DNA of 64,000 nt from Paecilomyces variotii (Eukaryota): assembly GCA_004022145.1 (NCBI GenBank), contig RCNU01000016.1. One strand, given 5' to 3'. This document shows positions 1-12,498 of this stretch, one piece after another. The notes under the pieces are model-generated. The model worked only from the letters and a program-made list of their open reading frames with translations. It made no database searches and was not told the origin of the DNA. The position numbers and the translations under genes are program-made. Every line of letters starts with the position of its first letter. Position 1 is the stretch's first letter.

Positions 1-3000
1 ACTCGTAACTATTAATATTTAAACTTAAATTATATAATAAATAAGACTAATTAAATATTAATCTTAAAGAATATTTTTATTTTAACTAATAGCTTAATAA
101 GCTAATTAAATAAAAAATAAAAATCTATTATAACTTTAACTATAAAGGCTAAATATATAGATATATATTAAGCTATAAAATAGTCTTAATAATTAGCTCT
201 TCTTTTAAAAGATATAAGATATAAATATTAGATTAATTTAAATAAATTTAAGCTAATAATAAGAGAAGAATAAGCTTTTATTATTAATTCTCTAATTAAA
301 GTCTATAAAGATAATTAAATATTACTATTATTAATTAGAGATACTTATATTTATAAGAAGTTAAAATATATTAATATTACATATTACTATATATATAACT
401 TATATTAAAAAAATAAGATTAATATTAAGTTTATTAAAATATAAAATATAATAATAAATAGTTTTATTAAATTATTACTAAAGATAAACTTCTTAAGATT
501 TTTAAGTTAATTAAAATTAATTAATCTAATAAGTTTAAATTAAGGAGAAGTATTATAAAATAATAGTTAAAACTAATAAGTTCTAGTATAATAAAGATTT
601 TACTTTAAGAAAATCTTTAAAAATAATTTTATTTTAGTAAAATTAAGCAGCTTAAAAAAACTACTTCTTAAGCTCTATTTAAAATTTATTATCTTAACTA
701 AGAATATAGAAATATACTTTATATCTATTATATACGCTAATACTCTTTCTTTTTAAGTATTATTAGCTCTTTTAAGCTATTAAATTAGTCTAGAGAATTT
801 TATTTAAACTTATTCTTTTTAACTTAATATTTAATTATAAAGTTATAGTTAGCTAATATTTTTACTTATTTTACTTACTTTCTTATTAATATTTTAATTA
901 TTATAAAATAAGTAAAATTCTTATAATTTATAATTACTTTAATTATATATTTTACTCTTTTAAAATAAACTCTTTACTATTAAAATATTATTACTATAGC
1001 TAATAATTTCTTATTATAAATTTTATAATTAAGCTTTATTAATATTATTTTTCTTAAATAATATATTATTAAATATAATTTTCTATTATTATTTAATTAT
1101 AATAGAATTACTTTAATTATATAGTTTAATATATTAATTTTAATAACTGTTTTTTTCTTTAAGTTATATTATTTAAGTACTAGTACTATAGTAAGTCTTA
1201 TTTTAATTTTTTTAAATACTTTCTATTATATTTCTATTTATTAATAATTTTTCTCTTTTTTTAATAAGTTAAATAGTAATCTTATAATATCTATATATTA
1301 TTAATATATTATTAATAATAGTTTATTATTTTAATAAATATTTATAATTCTTATAAATTTATTAATATTAGCTAATTTTTAATTATTTAAATCTTCTATT
1401 TATTTATTTATATTCTTTTTTAAATAATTTAATATTTTAAGAAATTTATTTCCTTAATATAAAATTTATATTTCTTTAGCTTTATTTATAGCTTTATTAT
1501 TTATAGTTATTATAATATTATCTTAATATATTTAATATATTATTTATAGTTCTTAGAGAATATTAAGATATTATCTAAATATATAACTATAAAGTTATAT
1601 ATATAATCTCTTAATACTTTATTAATAAATCGCTAAAATATTACTAGTATATTAGTTAATTTAAAAGATATAATCTTATATTTATAATATTTAAACTTAG
1701 TTTTAAATATTATTTTCTATTCTTTACCTTTTTTTTATTTATAGTTTATTATAAGCGTTTATAATATTAAATTTTATAAAAATCTTTACTTCTTATATTA
1801 TATTTTAAATCTTTATAATTAATAATAATAAGTATTTATTTTTAATTATAATTATATTAAGCTATTTATATCTATATAATTATAAACTTCTATTCTTTTT
1901 TAATATAAATAGTATTAAATATTTTATTAATAATATTAATAATTATATATAATCTTTTTATAAGTTCTCTTTAATATATATCTTTAATATTTTTAATTTT
2001 CTCTCTAATAGCTAGTAAATTAATTTATATATTAATAACTTCTTTTTAATTAAGAGTATTTTATAATTATATAATTTATAATTTAATAATTTCTTATTAA
2101 TATTAAGATTAAAGAGATTTTAAAATTACTTATATTTTTTTAATATCTTTAATTCTATTATTTCTTTTAATTTTTCTATTCTTATTATAGTACTATATAA
2201 TACTTAATTATATTATTTTTCTTTAAGTTTATATATCTTTTTATATAGCCTTATCTATTAGCTTACTTTTTAAAGATTCTCTAGAATTTTCTTATTTCTT
2301 TAATTTAAAGCTATTAGTTATTTCTCTTAACTTAGTTCTTTTTATAGCTAACTTTACTTTACTTATTTAACTCTTAAGAGCTTAAGAGTAATTTTATTTT
2401 AGCTTTATTTTATATATATATCTTATAAATTATATTTTATCTTATATTTTATTAATTTTAAATTATATTATTTAAGCTATAATATTTTAAGTATTATATT
2501 ATACTCTTTAATTTTAATTATATTAAAGTTAAGTAATTTTAAATAGTTTTAAACTAATATTAGAATTATTCTTATCTCTATAATTAAGAATTATTTTAAG
2601 TCTTTTTTATTAAGTCTTAAAATTAATACTAGTTATTTCTTTATTTTTTTTAAAGTTTTCTATAGCTTTTAAGTTAATTAATATTTTAATTAATTATTCT
2701 ATAATTTTAGTTTATAATTTAATATATTAACCTTTAGCTATTATTACTATTTAGTATTATTTCTTTTATTATTTTCTTTTAATTTAGTCTTTATATAAAA
2801 AAATATTTATTATTAATTTTCGCATTATAATATATTAAATAATAATCTTTATAATATATTATTTAATATATACTCTTATACTCTAAGTATTTCTAATATT
2901 TTCTATATATATATTTTAGCTTATTATAATAGGCTAATATCTCTCTTTATAAGGAATTTATTTAAGTCTTAGCTTATTAAGCTTTTTACTTATAGCTATA

Positions 3001-5780
3001 CTTATTTAAATTTAATAAGATAAAATCTATTATTTATATCTCGGCCTTAATTACTTTAATACTTAGTTTTTTATTAATCTTAAGTAATTATTTACTATTT
3101 ATACCTTTTAGCTTCTTAAATATTTCTTTAGCCTTATATTATTTTTTTTAGTTTAATTAAGTCTTTTTATAGAATTACTATAATTATTTTTTTAATTTTA
3201 TTATTTAATAGTATTATTTATTAGTTTAAGTATTTTCTAAGTTCTTTATAAATATTTATTAATTTTATCTTATATTTCTTATATTATTTCTAGTAATACT
3301 AATACTTATTTAAATATTATAGTTTTTAGAGAAATTATATCTTTATCTTTATTATTCTAAGTTATTTATTTATATTATATTTATTTTTAACTCTTTAAGA
3401 TTTTATTATAATTACTTTCTTTATTTATTACTTTTAATTACTATCTTAATTTTTTAATATCTTATATTTCTTTATATAATAGCCTTTCTTATTATAGTTA
3501 AAATATTTAAATTTCTTTTATTTTTAATTTTAATTTCTTTTATTATTTTATCTTAATATTATAGTATTTAGCTTTATTAGCTTTAATCTATAAGAATTCT
3601 TATTCTTTATTAATTATTTCTTATTTAATCTATATTAATTTAATTTATAATATCTTATAAATCTTTATTATTTTATATATTTTTTTAACTTATTTTTATT
3701 TAAATATTTTATTATTAATTTTAATTAATAATTTAATAAGGTTATTAATATTATTTAATTAAATAGTCTATTAACTTATATTATTTTATCTTATATTTTT
3801 TTAAGCTTTTATTTATAAATTACTATTTATATTAATAATCTTTATTTTAAGTAAGATATAATTTATTTAAATTATATTATATAATTTATTACTAATTATA
3901 TTTAGTATAAATATTTAAGCTTTTACTCTATAATTTTTATCTTATCTTTAATATTAAATACTTTATTTAACTTTATTTAAAAGCTTATATAGCTTTTATA
4001 AATTTATTTAATAATTTTATTTTAATTATTTTTATTAAGATTTAAAGTTCTTATTAACTATTATTAAGTTAACTTAATTAAATATAAATTTTCTTATATA
4101 AAATATTATTAAAGGTATTTTATTATTATTATTAATAATATTTATTATTTAAAAGTATAAATTTAATTAAATAATAAATACTTATAATTTATCTCTTTTA
4201 CTATAATAGTTTTTTAAGTTTTAATAATTTAATTCTTTAATATAATTTACTTTTTATAGCCTATATAATTATAATAATCTCTTATAGCTATTTAATTATT
4301 TCTATAAGTTTTTAAGTTATAGAAGTATAATTTATATTATTAATTATTATAGCTTACTTAATAAGTATTACTTAATTACTATTAAATATTTTAAGTTTTA
4401 AATATTTAAACCTTTAATAATAGAGTTAAAGATACTTAATATATTATTACCTTAAGATCTTAGCTATTTTATTATACTATTATTAGAGAAAGCTTAAGTA
4501 AAACTTTTATTTAATTCTTTTTTAATAATTTAAATTTATTTAAATTTTCTATAAGTAATTAATATAGTTTATTTATTATAGTTTATTAAGTAAAACTATA
4601 TAAATATATAACTTAATAAGTTTTATTAAATAATTTAAATAATTATAATTAAATTAAAAGTAAAGCTTAATTAAATTATAATCTTTCTAGTATTATTCTT
4701 ATTAGCTTATAATAAATAGTAAATAAATAAAATATATTAAATATAAAGAATTAAATATATTTATTAAATATAAATAAGTATTTTTATATAACTTTATAAT
4801 TTAATTCTTTTTTTCTTACTTTTTATAGTCTTTTATAAACTTATCTCTTATAGTCTTTAAAAGACTTTAACTTCTTTAATCTTTTTAAACCTTATTCTTT
4901 AAAGTCTTTTATAAACTATTTCTTATTATATAATTTTAAACTCTCTTATTATTATATAGCTATTTTCTTTTCTTTTATATTATATTATAAGGTTTTACTT
5001 ATTTTTCTCTTATAAGTTTATTATTTATTTAATTAATCTATAATAATAACTATATAGCTAAGTTATTACTTAAGGCTTTTATATCTTATACTTTTATACT
5101 TTATTAAAGTAATAAATAATTATATTAAAGTAATATTATATATATTACTTATATTATTAATATTTTTATTTTATAATATTATATATATAATACTTTTTAA
5201 TTTATATAATTTCTTTATTTTATTATTATAAAGGTAATAAAATACTCTTTAATTTATTATATTATAAATATCTTTATAAAGCTATATTTTATTATAAATA
5301 TAATAATTTTATAATAGCTTAAAAATAAGCTATTTTAAGAAGATTATAAATTTATTAAAGAATATTTAATTTTATATAAAGAAATTAATATAAAAATTAT
5401 AAAATTATAATAAATCTTTAAAATTAAATATAATATTAAGATAATTAATTAAACTTTATACTCTTTTTTTTTAAGATTTATATAATATTAAAATTAAGAA
5501 ATACTTAAAGATTAAAATATAAATAAGTTTTAAATTATTATCTTATTAAAAGCTAATAATTTATTTTAATATAATTTATATCTTATTATTTCTTTACTTA
5601 TATAAACTCTTTACTACTAGTCTTTAATAATATAAACTCTTTTTTATACTAAGTAAACTTTTCTCTAAGCTAAGTATATAATACTATTACTCTCTTACTA
5701 TATTTACTAGAGAAGTAATTTACTAATAATCTTTAAAAACTTATATTCCTTATACTAGTTATTAACTATTTACCTGCCTT
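1..5780. repeat. AT-rich, RIP-degraded repeat/heterochromatin block (probable transposon relic; possible centromere flank)
   Basis: Almost entirely A/T, with no ORF in the supplied track. TpA is everywhere, CpA/TpG are very rare, and surviving C/G sit mostly in ct/ag/gc/cc contexts, the end product of RIP C-to-T at CpA. Normal composition returns over ~5780-6000. Element family not identifiable. Confidence 0.85.
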
Positions 5781-5908
5781 TTTTACAGATAGTACTATTA
5801 TACTTAATATAATATTTTAGAGATTTATTTAATTTATCTCTAAGCTTATTGCTAATGCTATGCAAATTATATAATTGCATATTTCCCCTAAGCCTTTTAT
5901 ACCAGTAC

Positions 5909-6855
5909 TTAAACTGGAAGCGAAAACTTCTTGCCCTTTAAAACCCTGTATAAAGTATCTTAGCATTGCCTTTTCTCACTCCTAGAAAGGGGCGATTTGC
6001 TAATAGAATTCACTTACTTTGTGTAGTAAATATAAAAGAAATCAGAGTACAACACCGTCTGGATGATGCCAGCTAGAACGGGGATAGCATGGAAGTAGTT
6101 CTCTGCGAAGTAGCGGTATATCCAATTAGGGATATAAAGTGCGCGATAGATCCCAAGTGCGAAGAGGTAATGCGTTGTTATGGTGTCTGCTTCACCGGTT
6201 CTTTGCAGCATAAACAGCTGGGGTAAAATTGCAACCGACTCCAGCCAGATTGAAAACGTCCACAGGATCTGGGGCATCACGAGATGATAAGCTTCTTTCC
6301 GAAGTAACCATTGGTCCAGCATATCCCAAGACTCACCTCTGAAATACTGTATTCAGCTGGAAAGAGAAGTGCCAAAAGCGCACTGAAACCAAGAAGATAC
6401 TGCACTTTGAAAGTATCGAGATTGGGGTCGTTCGTCGGCTTGTAGTCGTTAAGCATGAGATAGATGATGTAGGCAGAAGATCCGATGAAAAGGATCTTGA
6501 ACGTAGTGTTATATGCCGAGTCCGTGAACGTCCAAAAAAGGTCTTCTGGAGTTAGCGCACGGCCCAGACAGCAGTAAGATGTTCAGTCGGCCTTACCCAG
6601 ATATCGCGTCACGAAAACTAGGAAATATAACGCCTGTGATTTGAAGGATAGTCCGGAGCAGCTCTGTCTCATTGCTTAGCTAGAGAAGGAAAGGAATGGG
6701 GAAGTAGGAGCGCACGCTCGACGACTTCATCTTCTGTAGAAGAATGAAGATCGATGCCAGGTGGGAGAAGTCCGCTGTTGTGAAGCAACGAGTCAGCGCG
6801 ATCAAAAACACAGTAGAATTGCCTGATACGCACCTAAAAGTCTGAATATATTCAT
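5909..6855 (-). CDS. erd2: ER lumen protein retaining (HDEL/KDEL) receptor, 6 exons
   Basis: Spliced translation: [115 protein letters not shown] introns restore the frame. Confidence 0.95.
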
Positions 6856-7447
6856 GGTGCCAGGTGATAGTTAACTGCGGTTCCTGAAGAGTTGAAAAGT
6901 AGAGGCCGTACGCGTCTAGGTCGAGTATTGGCAGGGTGAATAGTTGGAAAGGAAGGACAGAAGAGAAAACCAAGGTGGTTGGGTGCTAGTGAGCACTTAA
7001 TGCCCACGAAACATGAAAAGAATTCGTGGCCTTGTTGTCGTTAGCAGACCAGAAGAATTAATTGCTGGAAGGTGAGAGTGCAAGGGAGTATTGTTGACAC
7101 GCAGCCTCGCCATGTAAAGTACGGAATTACCCGCGAGGACGAGTTCTTGGCATCTTAGCTGATCTGCAGAGCAGGATACCTCCAGCTCCCCACCAACCAA
7201 CAGCTTTCAAAAAGATCATTACTCCACCATTGAATACCATAGTAGTTAAAATTAATACTTCTTAAGTCTAGCTATGCTGTTACAAACAAAATATGCCCGC
7301 TGATAACTCCTCATGCTATTATTCATACAGACCCTTCCCACCATAGGTATCCCATATCGATGCAATTTTCCACCGTGCTCCCAGTCATTCCCAACGCCGA
7401 CCTGCTCCAGTGCGCTCATAAATCAGGAAGTAAATAAAGAGGGCCTT

Positions 7448-9217
7448 TCAGAACGCCGTTCCGCCACCAATACTCTCCCCCTCGGCCATGCGCTGCAAAT
7501 GACCTTCAGCCAATTCACTTCTCAACGCACCGGTTGCGCTCTCCCTGTCCAACTTGTCCCAGTCCCTGAGAACAGCCCTTTTCAATCTCTGTTTCTCCGC
7601 GACTTGTTCGAATAACTTCTCCTGATCTGTTTCTAGCTGGGACAGTCGTCTCTCAGTTGCGGGATCCAACGGGGACGGAAGGAGCTTTCCTCCCGCGATA
7701 ATAGCAGGGAGGCCCGAAAGATGATTCGTGACCTTCTGAGCGCGAGGATGAATACCGGAAGTACTACTGCTTCGTCGATATTGGGGATGTCGCGAGGAGT
7801 CGTATCCCAGCGGAGGAGGCGCAAAGCTGCCCCGAGGTCCTGTGGGAGGAGTCCCGTGATAAGTTTGCTGGATAGGTCCACGACGCGGCGGCGGCGGCGC
7901 AGTTGCTGCCCATGATGGTTCACGTGGACTCTCACGGTTACTGAAACTAGGACCACCACGGGGCCTGGTTGGGGCGGAAAGTAAGGAAATGTTGCTCCCA
8001 CGACCTGCTGTAGATGCAGCCGCAAAACTGTTTGAAGGGCCAGATGGAAGTTGCATCTCACGAGAAGTTGGTGTGGACGAGACCCAAGAAGCATTTGACT
8101 GTCTCCTAAGCGCCTGTGGTCCACTTGGTGGGACTGATACTGTTGGCGCATACGGTTTTGATGAGCGTCGTGTTATTTCACTGGCATCTCCATCACGACC
8201 ACGCTCGCCACTTCTCGGGACTGATAGGTCCATTGTGTTGGGTGACGCCGTTTGATGTTGTTCCTGAGAAGGTTGCCCCTGATCTTCGGAAGGTGACTTC
8301 ATCATATGTGAAGATGGTGTATCCCTAGGCCTAGAATCGCGTCGAGGAGTATCTGATCGACTTGCTGGAGAGTGACTTGGGTGCTCCGACGCAGGTACGC
8401 TAAGCCTGTCGGGATGTATACGCGGTGATGATCGCTGAGACGTAGCAGTGGAACCTTGGGCAGATGCATGCGTAGATGGAGCCTGTCTTGGAGGTGTAGG
8501 AGAGCGTCTTCTGGACGCGTTAGCCGCGAAAGACTCCCGGCCTCTGTCTCTAAGTGTAGGACTACGCGAACGAGTAGAAAACCCCCCTCGCGAACTGCCT
8601 CCTCGTGTTATACCCCGTCGAGCCGGTGAAGGTGCTCTCGTATGTCTATCCGAGGCAGATGAGCCATAGCGTTCCCGTCTGGGGGACCTTGAATAGCGAC
8701 CGGAGGGAGAATGCCCCCTGATGCGCTTAGGCGGACTACGGGGTCTCGAAGCGCGCGGAGACCGTGGTCCAGAATAAGGAGACCCTCCGCGCCAAGAATG
8801 ACGATTGGGAGACCTGATTCTTTGGTCTCTTCTCGGAGAAAGTCTTCGTGGAGGCGATCGTGTCCTCCCACGGTATCCGATTCCCGCATCTCGATTTCGA
8901 TATGGAGGACTGCGCGACCGACGCCGAAAGGACGGAGGCGGAGAGCGACTGCGCGGACGATCAGATGGCCGACCACCAGATGGTACCCATGTATCGGCCA
9001 AGGGACGAGGTGACCGGTTTCGAGCAGGCGTCCAAGGAGAGCGTGTGAAGTCTCGAGATGCAGAACGATCTATTCTGTCTGACGGGCGGTAGCTTTCCCC
9101 GCCACGTCGGTCATCAAACCTGAGATGGATGTTAGCTACAGTCCTAAAAGAGGAAGAAGCGTACATGGAGACGTTATAAGGGAAGCGACAAATACTGTAC
9201 CTTCTATCTCGATCCAT
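7448..9217 (-). CDS. Ser/Arg-rich (RS/RSP repeat) low-complexity protein with coiled-coil-like C-terminus
   Basis: 589-aa ORF rich in RSRSP motifs. One short in-frame intron after MDRDRR (gtacag..gctaac..ctcag). Helical C-terminus RLSQLETDQEKL..WDKLDRES..LRSELAE. Confidence 0.75.
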   Translation of the reverse strand: MDRDRRYSICRFPYNVSMYASSSFRTVANIHLRFDDRRGGESYRPSDRIDRSASRDFTRSPWTPARNRSPRPLADTWVPSGGRPSDRPRSRSPPPSFRRRSRSPPYRNRDAGIGYRGRTRSPPRRLSPRRDQRIRSPNRHSWRGGSPYSGPRSPRASRPRSPPKRIRGHSPSGRYSRSPRRERYGSSASDRHTRAPSPARRGITRGGSSRGGFSTRSRSPTLRDRGRESFAANASRRRSPTPPRQAPSTHASAQGSTATSQRSSPRIHPDRLSVPASEHPSHSPASRSDTPRRDSRPRDTPSSHMMKSPSEDQGQPSQEQHQTASPNTMDLSVPRSGERGRDGDASEITRRSSKPYAPTVSVPPSGPQALRRQSNASWVSSTPTSREMQLPSGPSNSFAAASTAGRGSNISLLSAPTRPRGGPSFSNRESPREPSWAATAPPPPRRGPIQQTYHGTPPTGPRGSFAPPPLGYDSSRHPQYRRSSSTSGIHPRAQKVTNHLSGLPAIIAGGKLLPSPLDPATERRLSQLETDQEKLFEQVAEKQRLKRAVLRDWDKLDRESATGALRSELAEGHLQRMAEGESIGGGTAF

Positions 9218-9576
9218 CTTTGGCTCAGATAACGAATCTTGTCTTGATCGGAGAAGCTGCTTTTAGTCGCGTTGCAAAGCGGTGAAAATCCAGATGACTA
9301 ATCAGGCCTTCGAACTCGCTGTAACTAACCACCACATAGTTAACTAGGTAACATAGCTAACCACGGCGTAGTTAATGTAGTTATATTTATCAAGCGGCGC
9401 AGAGATTGAAAAGGTTAATATCTCACTTTAGTTGCTGTCTGTTCTATGGGGATAACAAATTTCTGAATTTTTCCGGCCTTCAACAACAGTTGGCGTCTAG
9501 CCTGGCTATGTACCGAAAGTGGCCGGATCTGATCTTATCTATCCACCTAGCCCTTACAACATCCACATGTAAAGAC

Positions 9577-10580
9577 TCAAGCAGGGAGGTCTCGGATAAT
9601 CCCAGCCTTCTTCTGTGCGACATAAAGACGGGCATTGCCAGGTGCTGTAGCAAAGAACAAATGATTGCGCATTGCTGCACCTGAGAGGCGCGCGACTCCC
9701 GGAGTATCTGGCTTCACAACAGCCGTCTCGCGAAACCAGGGAGTGAGTTCCACAAATGCAGAAGTAAGAATTTGCATGTCAACAAATATAAGAGGCTCAG
9801 GTACCTGACCACTTGCAGTTGTTATGGATGCGGTTGTTATGAATGTGGTACCTTGTATAACTCCGGCATGTAGTGTTGGATTGAAGTTGAGTACTGCAAG
9901 GTCTGAAGTGAAGACTGTGAGAACATTGCTTCCGGTGTCATTACAGACTAAGAAAGGCCGTGTCAAGCGTGGGTCGCCGCCGTACTGCGGAGGTAACCTA
10001 ATCCGTGCATGAACCTAAGTTTTATTACTTTATGATCTCAAACATTTAATATAGACTTGGCATACTTGGTGCATATTGAAGGTCGGATTATAAGGAAACG
10101 AATCTGAGACAGATTGGACCATTTGTTGAGGCTAGTTATAAGGAAAAGCCAGAAAGCGGCATACAGTTGGCCCTGGACTATAATATCATAGATTTATGCA
10201 TTTACCTGAGGTCCACACTGCTGCGTGAATTGATGGTACATATTCTAAAGACATCACAAATGTAAGTTACTGTAATATATATTCAGTACGGTGATTGAAA
10301 AACATACCTCGCACCACTTGATCTCACCCGGAGCCACTGACTCGTCCTCCCACGGGTTCTTCTCCACCCGTTTACCATTCACGAGGTAAACCGGGGCATC
10401 TCCGAGTTTGCGTGGCCCGAGTTCACCACTCTCATAGAGCTTGATGAGAGCTTCCACGTTAACGCGCTGTACTTGACCGAACTCAGTTTGAAGAAAGTCT
10501 TTTAGTTGTTGAATTCTTTCTGCAGGTTGGAGAATGTATGGTATAGGACAGGCTGGGCTGAACACCGGCTGAGAATCCAT
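9577..10580 (-). CDS. Hypothetical ~270-aa protein with C-terminal retropepsin-like (DTGS) aspartic-protease motif, 4 exons
   Basis: Exons MDSQPVFSPACPIPY..KWCE | NMYHQFTQQCGPQ | PQQMVQ..FNMHQ | VHARIRLPP..PFLVCNDTGSNVLTV..ARLSGAAMRNHLFF..RDLPA* join in frame through three GT-AG introns. The protease call rests on motif resemblance only. Confidence 0.65.
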
Positions 10581-10623
10581 GTTGAAAGGCGGACCTTTAA
10601 GGGATTCAGAAGAGCAATAAGTG

Positions 10624-10920
10624 GGATGAAGTGCGAATGATTTGAGGATGAAGTGCGAATGATTTGAGGATGAAGTGCGAATGATTTGAGGATGAAGTGC
10701 GAATGATTTGCGGATGAAGTGCGAATGATTTGAGGATAAAGTGCGAATGATTTGCGGATGAAGTGCGAATGATTTGCGGATGAAGTGCGAATGATTTGCG
10801 GATGAAGTGCGAATGATTTGCGGATGAAGTGCGAATGATTTGAGGATGAAGAGCAATAAGTGGGATGAAGTGCGAATGATTTGAGGGTAATTCAGAAGAG
10901 CGATAAGTGGGATGAAGTGC
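10624..10920. repeat. 22-bp minisatellite (GGATGAAGTGCGAATGATTTG[A/C])
   Basis: Ten near-perfect tandem units at 10624-10843, one more full unit at 10863-10884 and a partial unit ending 10920. A second motif GAAGAGC[A/G]ATAAGTG occurs three times around the array. Confidence 0.95.
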
Positions 10921-10997
10921 AAATCATATGACGGCGGAGTCACGTCTTTTGATAGCGTATTATAGCGCTAAACCAGTAACAGCAAAGCTAACCGCAT

Positions 10998-12186
10998 CTA
11001 GTAATCCACATGTCCTGAAGCCTTTGCTTCCGAATTATTATGTGCTCTTTTTGCAGCAGCAATCTCGTCTATCAGCGGTTTGTTTAGTAGAGCTTCACGC
11101 GCAGCATTGTCTCCAGCAATGGCCTTATTGAGGCCTTGGCCTGAACCCAAGTGCTGGTTCTCCCAACCCCAGCCTGTGAGATACACACCGACATAGAATG
11201 TCTGCATGCCTCCTAAGAGCTGAACAGGCGGCCGTTCATCGACATATTTGAGTTTGATACCTTTGCCCATTATTTTCTTCGCAAGAAGCTCCTTCGACTG
11301 AAGAGTCGGCTTCGTGTCAAGGAAACAATCAAGTTTGGGGGACCATAGCTGGGATAACCAATTCTCTACTTCTTCGTAGCCACTGGTGGGATTAGACGAT
11401 ATGACGGCAGCAACGTAGGCCTCAAAGATGTCCCCCTTCGTCTTTGTCCAACGTTTAGGCTGTTTGATATTCTCCTCTGGCACCGCTGCCCTGCGGTCGA
11501 AACCGTATAATGTCGCGAATTCTGCGAGCGTTTCGTTCTTCACCAGGAGTTCTCTCAGCTGTGATATTCGCCCCGAGGGCAGATTCTGAAATCGGTTCCA
11601 AATGAGCTTGGTAGCCATGAGCTCCAGGTACGCATCGCCGAGTATTTCTAGCCTGTCATAATTCAAGGTGCTAGTATCTCCTTCATGGCCCTTCACAACT
11701 CCTGGATGCCTAAATGCCGCTTGTTCCAATGCCGGGTCTCTTACAAGAGGCAAAACCGGCAGATGTGTCGCCTTGTCCTCTGGCGACGTCCTTGGTGCCT
11801 TTTCTGTCACTTGAGAGGATTTACCAGCATGGCAGTGGTATGTGCTTGTGGCCTGTGCCAATCTTCGTTCGATCTGGGACGCTGTTTTCAGTAGATCGCG
11901 ACCAACTCCTCCGAGTTGATCCTGGACGGGCCCGACACCTTTAATCACCTCGGCGACGAGATTTTGCAGCTCGACCAACAGAGACTGGATTTTATTGGTG
12001 TCAGGTAGCGCATTTGCGCTTGTGGCTCCGCGCTCAATCTTAACGGGGCGGTCATGATTCTAAATATCTCGAATGTAAGTCTGAAGTTGGAAAAAATGAG
12101 GTATTCATTATTACCTTTGACTGCTTCTCCGGTGGACCAGCATTCAGACATTGGCTGAGAGCACCGGCTTTCCTTTTGTGTCCCAT
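10998..12186 (-). CDS. Ribonuclease III (Rnt1/Pac1-like): one RNase III domain plus dsRBD-like C-terminus, 2 exons
   Basis: RNase III signature NYDRLEILGDAYLEL and GDIFEAYVAA; C-terminal LGSGQGLNKAIAGDNAA. Upstream exon MGHKRKAG..KQSK splices in frame (gtaata..tttag). Confidence 0.88.
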
Positions 12187-12498
12187 CTGTGAGCAGAATT
12201 TCGTCGTTGTCAGTCCGAGAGACTAATGCTGAATGCAAGAAAAAATAAGAATTCCAGTGTAGATAGCAGCCATATAGCTTTCTGTCACATAAAAAGATCG
12301 CCAGCGATTTTGGACAACTATGGTTAAAGCATCAGTTTCATTATTTTCTGCGCAGTTGTAGGAGGATGAGACCCGCAGGAAATAATATACCTAGTAGATC
12401 ACGTGCACGACCGCCGCGCTATTGCGGATGCTTTTCACGACTCGATCTCTCCGCGGAACTCGGATCAATCATCCATTGCGACCTTTGTCTCCTACAAG

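Noticed and set aside
10624-10884. CRISPR-like appearance of the 22-bp array
   Set aside because: Units are directly tandem with no unique spacers, the context is eukaryotic and there are no cas genes.
10581-10943. N-terminal half of the 229-aa ORF 10254..10943 (repeating KSFALHPQIIRTSS)
   Set aside because: Simply the translation of the minisatellite from a GTG start. The credible ATG is at 10580.
9388-10955. Possible terminal inverted repeats around the orphan protease cassette (TATCAAgcGgCG versus TATCAAaaGaCG)
   Set aside because: Only 9 of 12 matches in a hand-picked pair and no convincing target-site duplication; too weak to call a mobile element.
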